Origin: an uncultured Flavobacteriaceae bacterium
Lineage (GTDB): Bacteria > Bacteroidota > Bacteroidia > Flavobacteriales > Flavobacteriaceae
Direction of reading: 5' to 3'
NCBI GenBank assembly: GCA_963827785.1
Contig: CAWHCT010000020.1
Location: 180,129-244,128 of the forward strand
Length of the DNA stretch: 64,000 nt
This document shows, piece by piece, positions 59,274 through 64,000 of the stretch. Numbering within the stretch: position 1 is the first letter of the stretch; each line of letters opens with the position of its first letter. A program made the position numbers and the translations under genes. Under the pieces are notes generated by a model. The model saw only the letters and a list, made by a program, of their open reading frames with translations, made no database searches and was not told the origin of the DNA.

Positions 59274-61379
59274 ATGAAATCAGTTATTAATAATGAAACT
59301 GTATATAGCAGAAGAAGATTTTTAAAAAATTTAGGTGGAGGTGTAGTTGTTGTGTTTTGTTTGGGTGAAATGTCCTTTAGCTCTCTTTTTGCACAAGAAG
59401 GTCAGCCACCTGAAGAACTCGATTTTAATGCCTACTTGCGGGTAAAAGAAGATGGTAGAGTAGACTGTTTTACCGGTAAAATTGAAATGGGACAAGGCAT
59501 TATTACATCACTGGCACAGGTAGTGGCAGAGGAATTGGAAGTTTCAATTTACGATGTTGATATGATTATGGGCGATACAGAATTGTGTCCTTATGATAGA
59601 GGTACCTGGGGTTCTCTAACTACACGTTTTACAGACCCGGTATTGAGAGCTGCTGCTGCAGAAGCACGGGAGGTATTACTTGATCTTGCAGCAGAACATT
59701 TTGGTTTGAACAAGACTTCACTTCAGGTAATACAAGGGGTAGTTTCAGTGAAGAATGATTCATCTAAAAAAGTAACGTATGCAGAATTGACCAAAGGCAA
59801 AAAGATAATTCGAAGTTTGACCGAGAAACCTGAATTAAAAAAGGCCAAAGATTTCAAGTTAATAGGCAAGCCTATTAGGAGTTTGGATGCAGAGGCAAAA
59901 GTTACAGGAAAAGCGAAATATTCAGCAGATATCATGTTACCGGGAATGGTGCATGCAACTATTGTGCGACCGGAAGTCTTTGGTTCTAAAAAATTAAAAG
60001 TAGATGCTTCAAAATTAACTGGATTTCCTGGAGTGCAGTTGGTTGAAGATGGTAATTTGGTAGCTGTAGTACATAGTGATCCGGAAGTGTCGAAACGAGC
60101 GGCTAATAGCGTTCAGGTAACTTGGGATGCTCCGGCAGCTAAGGCAAATCAAGAAACCATATTTCAATATTTAGAAGATACTATTCAAGATAACGAAGTA
60201 TTTGAAAAAGGTGGAAATTTACAATTAGGTAAAGATTCTTCAATTAATTACCGGGAAGCAACCTACCACGATGGGTATAAAGCCCATGCGTCCATCGAAA
60301 CTCACGTGGCAACCTGTTATTTCGAAGGAGATAAACTTACCATTTGGGCCTCCACGCAAAGTCCGTTTGGTACGCGATCTTCTGTAGCGAAAGCCTTGCA
60401 GATGCCTGAAGAGAAAGTGCATGTCAAACAAATATTTTTGGGCGGCGGTTTTGGCGGAAAATCAAACAGCCAACAATCTATTGAGGCGGCTACCATAGCA
60501 AAATTGTGCGGTAAACCGGTGCAATTGGTATGGAGCCGGAAAGAAGAATTTATGTACGATAATTTCCGTACTGCAGCTGTGATAAAAGTTGCAGGTGGCA
60601 CAGATAACAAGGGAAAACTAAAAGTTTGGGATTTTGATATTTACTGTGCAGGAACAAGAGGTACAGAATTGTTTTATGCCATTCCAAATAAACGAATTCG
60701 ATCTTTCAATCAATCAGGTGTTCATCCGTTTGGAACGGGTGCCTGGAGAGCTCCGGGAAATAACACTACCACATTTGCACGAGAATCTCACATAGATGTT
60801 GTAGCACATGCAGCTGGAATAGATCCTTTAGATTTCCGATTGAATAATCTGGAAAATAAAGAAATGATTGCAACACTGCAACTAGCTGCCAAAACTTTTG
60901 AGTATGACAAAGCAAGAAAACCAGGATATGGCTATGGTATTGCACTCGGACAAGATGCTGGTACACTAGTAGCAATGATTGCGGAGGTTTTTGTTGATAA
61001 GGCAACAGGTGAAGTACAACCTATAAGGATAGTTTGTTCTCAGGATATGGGTCAGGTAGTAAATCCACATGGAGCTACTTTGCAAACTGAAGGAGGAATT
61101 ACTATGGGTATAGGTTATGCTTTATATGAAGAAATAGAGTTTATCGGAGGCGAAATGAAAACCACTAATTTTAATCGCTATGAAATTACTAGATTTTCAA
61201 AAACTCCAAAAATAGAATGTGTCTTCATCGATAAAATGGATGCCAAACCACAAGGTGGTGGGGAGCCCGCTATTATTTGTGTAGGTGCAGCAATTGCCAA
61301 TGCTATTTTTGACGCTTGTGGTGCAAGGGTATATCGTATGCCAATAACTCCTGAAAGAATATTGGCAGCCATATCATAA
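59274..61379 (+). CDS. molybdopterin-binding large subunit of a xanthine dehydrogenase/aldehyde oxidase family enzyme (IorB-like), Tat-exported
   Basis: Start moved to MKSVINNETVYSRRRFLKNLGG (twin-arginine signal). Contains GGGFGGK and GEPA motifs. Confidence 0.85.
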   Translation: MKSVINNETVYSRRRFLKNLGGGVVVVFCLGEMSFSSLFAQEGQPPEELDFNAYLRVKEDGRVDCFTGKIEMGQGIITSLAQVVAEELEVSIYDVDMIMGDTELCPYDRGTWGSLTTRFTDPVLRAAAAEAREVLLDLAAEHFGLNKTSLQVIQGVVSVKNDSSKKVTYAELTKGKKIIRSLTEKPELKKAKDFKLIGKPIRSLDAEAKVTGKAKYSADIMLPGMVHATIVRPEVFGSKKLKVDASKLTGFPGVQLVEDGNLVAVVHSDPEVSKRAANSVQVTWDAPAAKANQETIFQYLEDTIQDNEVFEKGGNLQLGKDSSINYREATYHDGYKAHASIETHVATCYFEGDKLTIWASTQSPFGTRSSVAKALQMPEEKVHVKQIFLGGGFGGKSNSQQSIEAATIAKLCGKPVQLVWSRKEEFMYDNFRTAAVIKVAGGTDNKGKLKVWDFDIYCAGTRGTELFYAIPNKRIRSFNQSGVHPFGTGAWRAPGNNTTTFARESHIDVVAHAAGIDPLDFRLNNLENKEMIATLQLAAKTFEYDKARKPGYGYGIALGQDAGTLVAMIAEVFVDKATGEVQPIRIVCSQDMGQVVNPHGATLQTEGGITMGIGYALYEEIEFIGGEMKTTNFNRYEITRFSKTPKIECVFIDKMDAKPQGGGEPAIICVGAAIANAIFDACGARVYRMPITPERILAAIS

Positions 61380-61594
61380 GTCTAAAACGGATCAAACGTT
61401 GTTAGCCTTTATCTCGTTTTAAATGTTAATTTCTTGCGTTTTTTCGACTATAGGTAGCTTTAATGATATTGACTTTGTTTAATACTGAAGCAATCCCGCT
61501 ATTTATCGGGATATCATAAGTGATCTATATCATATGTTAAACGAAGTCAGTAGTTTTTTCTTTCATAGGCAAGAATATTGCCAGTTCAGAATTT

Positions 61595-63433
61595 CTAATT
61601 TTGTTTAACTGCTTCACTGTATGCATCTGCACCTCCAACAACAGGTAATGTCATTGAAGTTTTATCCAGATCAATGGTCAATTCTGTTCCTGGTTCCGGC
61701 CATAAGGTAAACTCTTTATCACTTGAAAATATCATTAAACCAATTTGCTGTCCTTTTGAAATAATTTGGTCATCAGGCATCAAATCAAAAGCGATTTCGT
61801 AAAATTTTCTTGGTTTTAAGGGTTCACTTTCTGTCAATGACTTATAATTCTGCGGATCTGCCCAACCACGAGTAATAATGTTATCTGTGATTTTAGATCC
61901 TATTTCCTGGTTCCATGGTAGTGAAACCAGCCAAACAGATAGATTTGCCGCAGGTTTGCTGCTTGCTAAATTAATAGTCACTGTTGGAATTCCTGAAATA
62001 TGCAGATCTTCTGTTAAAACAGATGACAAATAAAGCAATCGGTTTTTTGAGGTTAATGATTTTGCAAGCTCTTCACCTGAAAAGTTATAATCATCAACTA
62101 ATGTTTCTTTCCCTTGTTTCTTAATTTTATCGGGACTTAGTCTTCCAAATGTGGGAGCACCTTTTCCAAGATATAGTTTTACTGGAGACGCATCCGGATT
62201 AGGGTAATCTAAATAATGTGTAGGATTGTCACGGCTTTCATCTTCACGAACTATCCATGCTTTTCCATCGTTTTCAACTCCGTTCTCTATTCCATGCAGG
62301 TAATGTGTAAACCATCGGTTCATCATTTTTAAAGGCGGTGGGCCACCATGACCATTCTGATGATAGTAAATTTGTGTTGGTAGACCTTTTTCCTTTGCAG
62401 CTTTATAAATTCTATAGCTATGTTCAGGCATGACGTTCCAGTCATTGAATCCATGAGACATCAAAAGCGCAGATTTAAATGGTTCCATATCATTCAAATA
62501 ATCTCGCCCTGCCCAGAAATCATTGTAATCACCTGTTATCCTGTCCATACCATTCTTCATTTCAGTGTCCCTAATGACCTGATTATTATACGCTCGTTTT
62601 GATTCATCTCCACTATGTATAAAATCATAAAGGACATCAATATCTTCACCTAAGTATCCTCCTGGGGACCTTACAAGGCCATTAGAACGATAATAATGAT
62701 AATAAGAAGTATTTGGCGCAATAGGTATAATAGCCTCTAATCCTTCCACTCCTGTAGTTGCCGCGGCAACCGGAATGGTTCCATTATAAGATGTTCCGGT
62801 CATTCCAACTTTTCCTGTCGACCAAAAGGCTTCTACTTCTTCATCACCATCAGGTGTTGTAAAACCTTTCGCCCTTCCACACAACCAATCTATGACTGCT
62901 TTTGGAGCTAAAGATTCGTTGTCACCACCAACAGTTGGCGATCCTTGTGAAAGTCCGGTTCCAGGTGATGAAGAATGGACAACAATATAGCCTCGTGGTA
63001 CCCAGGTTCTAATTTGCGAATTTGAAATTATCGGTCTTTTACCTCTTCGTGTAACCTCGGGATGAATATGTCCCTTTCCAAGTTCACCCAGTTCATGTTT
63101 TACATCCCAAAACAATTCTCTTCCTCCGTTTGCAACTCCTGCAAAGTAAGGACTGGATTCGTAAACGATGGGAAGTTTAAGCCCTTCTGTATCTGTTTGA
63201 TAAGGTCTGGTTACAGCAACATGCATTCGGTCTGGTTTTTCATCACCATCTGTGTTGAATTCAGTTTCAACCCATAGATCATGTCTAATCCATTTGCTGG
63301 AGTCACTAAAGGCGGGAACAACCTGAGCCTCACCATTCTCAAAGATAGGTTGGGATTTTTCTTGTGTAAATGCACAAGATGTTAATAAAAAAAATGAAGC
63401 CGAAAGTAATTGTGCTTTTAAGTAAGTTTTCAT
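61595..63433 (-). CDS. Xaa-Pro dipeptidyl-peptidase / CocE-NonD family hydrolase (S15), lipoprotein
   Basis: 612 aa. Lipobox LLTSC. Nucleophile elbow GTSYNG. Contains a PepX_C-like C-terminal domain. Confidence 0.8.
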   Translation of the reverse strand: MKTYLKAQLLSASFFLLTSCAFTQEKSQPIFENGEAQVVPAFSDSSKWIRHDLWVETEFNTDGDEKPDRMHVAVTRPYQTDTEGLKLPIVYESSPYFAGVANGGRELFWDVKHELGELGKGHIHPEVTRRGKRPIISNSQIRTWVPRGYIVVHSSSPGTGLSQGSPTVGGDNESLAPKAVIDWLCGRAKGFTTPDGDEEVEAFWSTGKVGMTGTSYNGTIPVAAATTGVEGLEAIIPIAPNTSYYHYYRSNGLVRSPGGYLGEDIDVLYDFIHSGDESKRAYNNQVIRDTEMKNGMDRITGDYNDFWAGRDYLNDMEPFKSALLMSHGFNDWNVMPEHSYRIYKAAKEKGLPTQIYYHQNGHGGPPPLKMMNRWFTHYLHGIENGVENDGKAWIVREDESRDNPTHYLDYPNPDASPVKLYLGKGAPTFGRLSPDKIKKQGKETLVDDYNFSGEELAKSLTSKNRLLYLSSVLTEDLHISGIPTVTINLASSKPAANLSVWLVSLPWNQEIGSKITDNIITRGWADPQNYKSLTESEPLKPRKFYEIAFDLMPDDQIISKGQQIGLMIFSSDKEFTLWPEPGTELTIDLDKTSMTLPVVGGADAYSEAVKQN

Positions 63434-63623
63434 GTGATCATTTAATTTACAATGAATATAAAATTAACTATTTATGGCCTTGAATAATCAGGGAAAAAGA
63501 TATGCTACTCAGGATGGAGCGAAATTAATGTAATTATCTTACAAACTCAAACTGTAGTTTGCCTTTAATTTTAAAACCAATTACATTTATGCTACATTTA
63601 CGTTTCCTTAATTATTTAATAAT

Positions 63624-64000
63624 TTGATATCAAGATCCACCATAGACCAAGTGTTTGAAACTGCTCGAGTAGAGGAGGTGATAGGGGATTTTGTGCAGCT
63701 CAAAAAATCGGGAAGCAATTTTAAGGGTTTGAGTCCATTTAGCGATGAACGTACACCAAGTTTTATGGTGTCTCCAGTGAAACAGATCTGGAAGGATTTT
63801 TCCAGTGGTAAAGGAGGGAATGTTGTTGCTTTCCTTATGGAACATGAACATTTTACTTATCCTGAAGCGATTAAATATTTGGCTAAAAAGTACAATATTG
63901 AAATAGAAGAAACCGAACAGACAAGTGAGCAGAAAGAACAGGCAGATGAAAGAGAAAGTTTATATTTGGTAAACGAATTTGCCAACAAGTATTTCCAGAA
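63624..64000 (+). CDS. dnaG: DNA primase, 5' end (partial; continues beyond the window)
   Basis: TTG start, translating (M)ISRSTIDQVFETARVEEVIGDFVQLKKSGSNFKGLSPFSDERTPSFMVSP…GKGGNVVAFLMEHEHFTYPEAIKYLAKKYNI. This matches the primase N-terminal domain. Confidence 0.8.
   Translation, partial: MISRSTIDQVFETARVEEVIGDFVQLKKSGSNFKGLSPFSDERTPSFMVSPVKQIWKDFSSGKGGNVVAFLMEHEHFTYPEAIKYLAKKYNIEIEETEQTSEQKEQADERESLYLVNEFANKYFQ

Noticed and set aside
63630-63851. 73-aa minus-strand ORF at the right end of the window.
   Set aside because: The plus strand here encodes an unmistakable DnaG N-terminus, so the minus ORF is a shadow.
1-64000. Search of the whole window for CRISPR arrays, IS elements/transposases, integrases, phage genes, toxin-antitoxin pairs, restriction-modification or other defence modules, and tRNA/rRNA genes.
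   Set aside because: I found none. There are no regularly spaced direct repeats, no DDE/tyrosine-recombinase-like ORFs and no cloverleaf-like GC-rich intergenic segments. Every ORF over 100 aa is accounted for by metabolic or housekeeping functions or as a plain hypothetical.

Overview
This is a low-GC chromosomal core segment from a Bacteroidota, most likely Flavobacteriia-like. The taxon call rests on a GldA-type ABC ATPase, a T9SS C-terminal sorting domain and TAnnTTTG -7 boxes. The window is almost entirely amino-acid biosynthesis and housekeeping. In order it contains: gltB (3' end)-gltD; ilvD-ilvB-ilvN-ilvC plus an aldehyde dehydrogenase; a 9-gene arginine operon (GNAT-argG-argC-proC-argD-argF'-argB-argE-argH); a ThrE exporter pair; leuA-leuB on the minus strand; SAM-I riboswitch-metY-metX-(interrupted metB/C-like gene); Rrf2-DUF2061-cysH-cysD-cysN; a second SAM-I riboswitch-(interrupted metH)-metF; a PagL-like gene and a DUF2807-like lipoprotein gene (both interrupted); gldA; leader-pheA-aminotransferase-tyrA-DAHP synthase/chorismate mutase; rsgA, dtd, a DUF3857/transglutaminase protein, a MazG-like gene, aroA, queA and rlmN; a T9SS-sorted protein; a polyprenyl synthase; an ECF sigma/anti-sigma/OMP module; a 2Fe-2S plus molybdopterin hydroxylase pair; an S15 peptidase; and the dnaG 5' end. 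I saw no rRNA, tRNA, CRISPR array, transposase, integrase, phage gene or recognisable defence gene. I did not find a convincing new multi-gene system. Five observations are worth a second look. (1) Leader-peptide attenuator candidates sit in front of the aromatic, arginine (two tandem Arg-codon ORFs) and ilv operons. (2) About 16-18 single-nucleotide frame changes lie between 29 and 56 kb, clustered in the metB-like gene and the 5' third of metH. This is either real decay or sequence error. (3) A small hairpin repeat sits immediately before three start codons. (4) The arginine operon has an acyl-ornithine-type transcarbamylase and a head-of-operon GNAT. (5) A remnant of a peptidase paralogue flanks the Mo-hydroxylase pair, and the primase has lost all four zinc-finger ligands.
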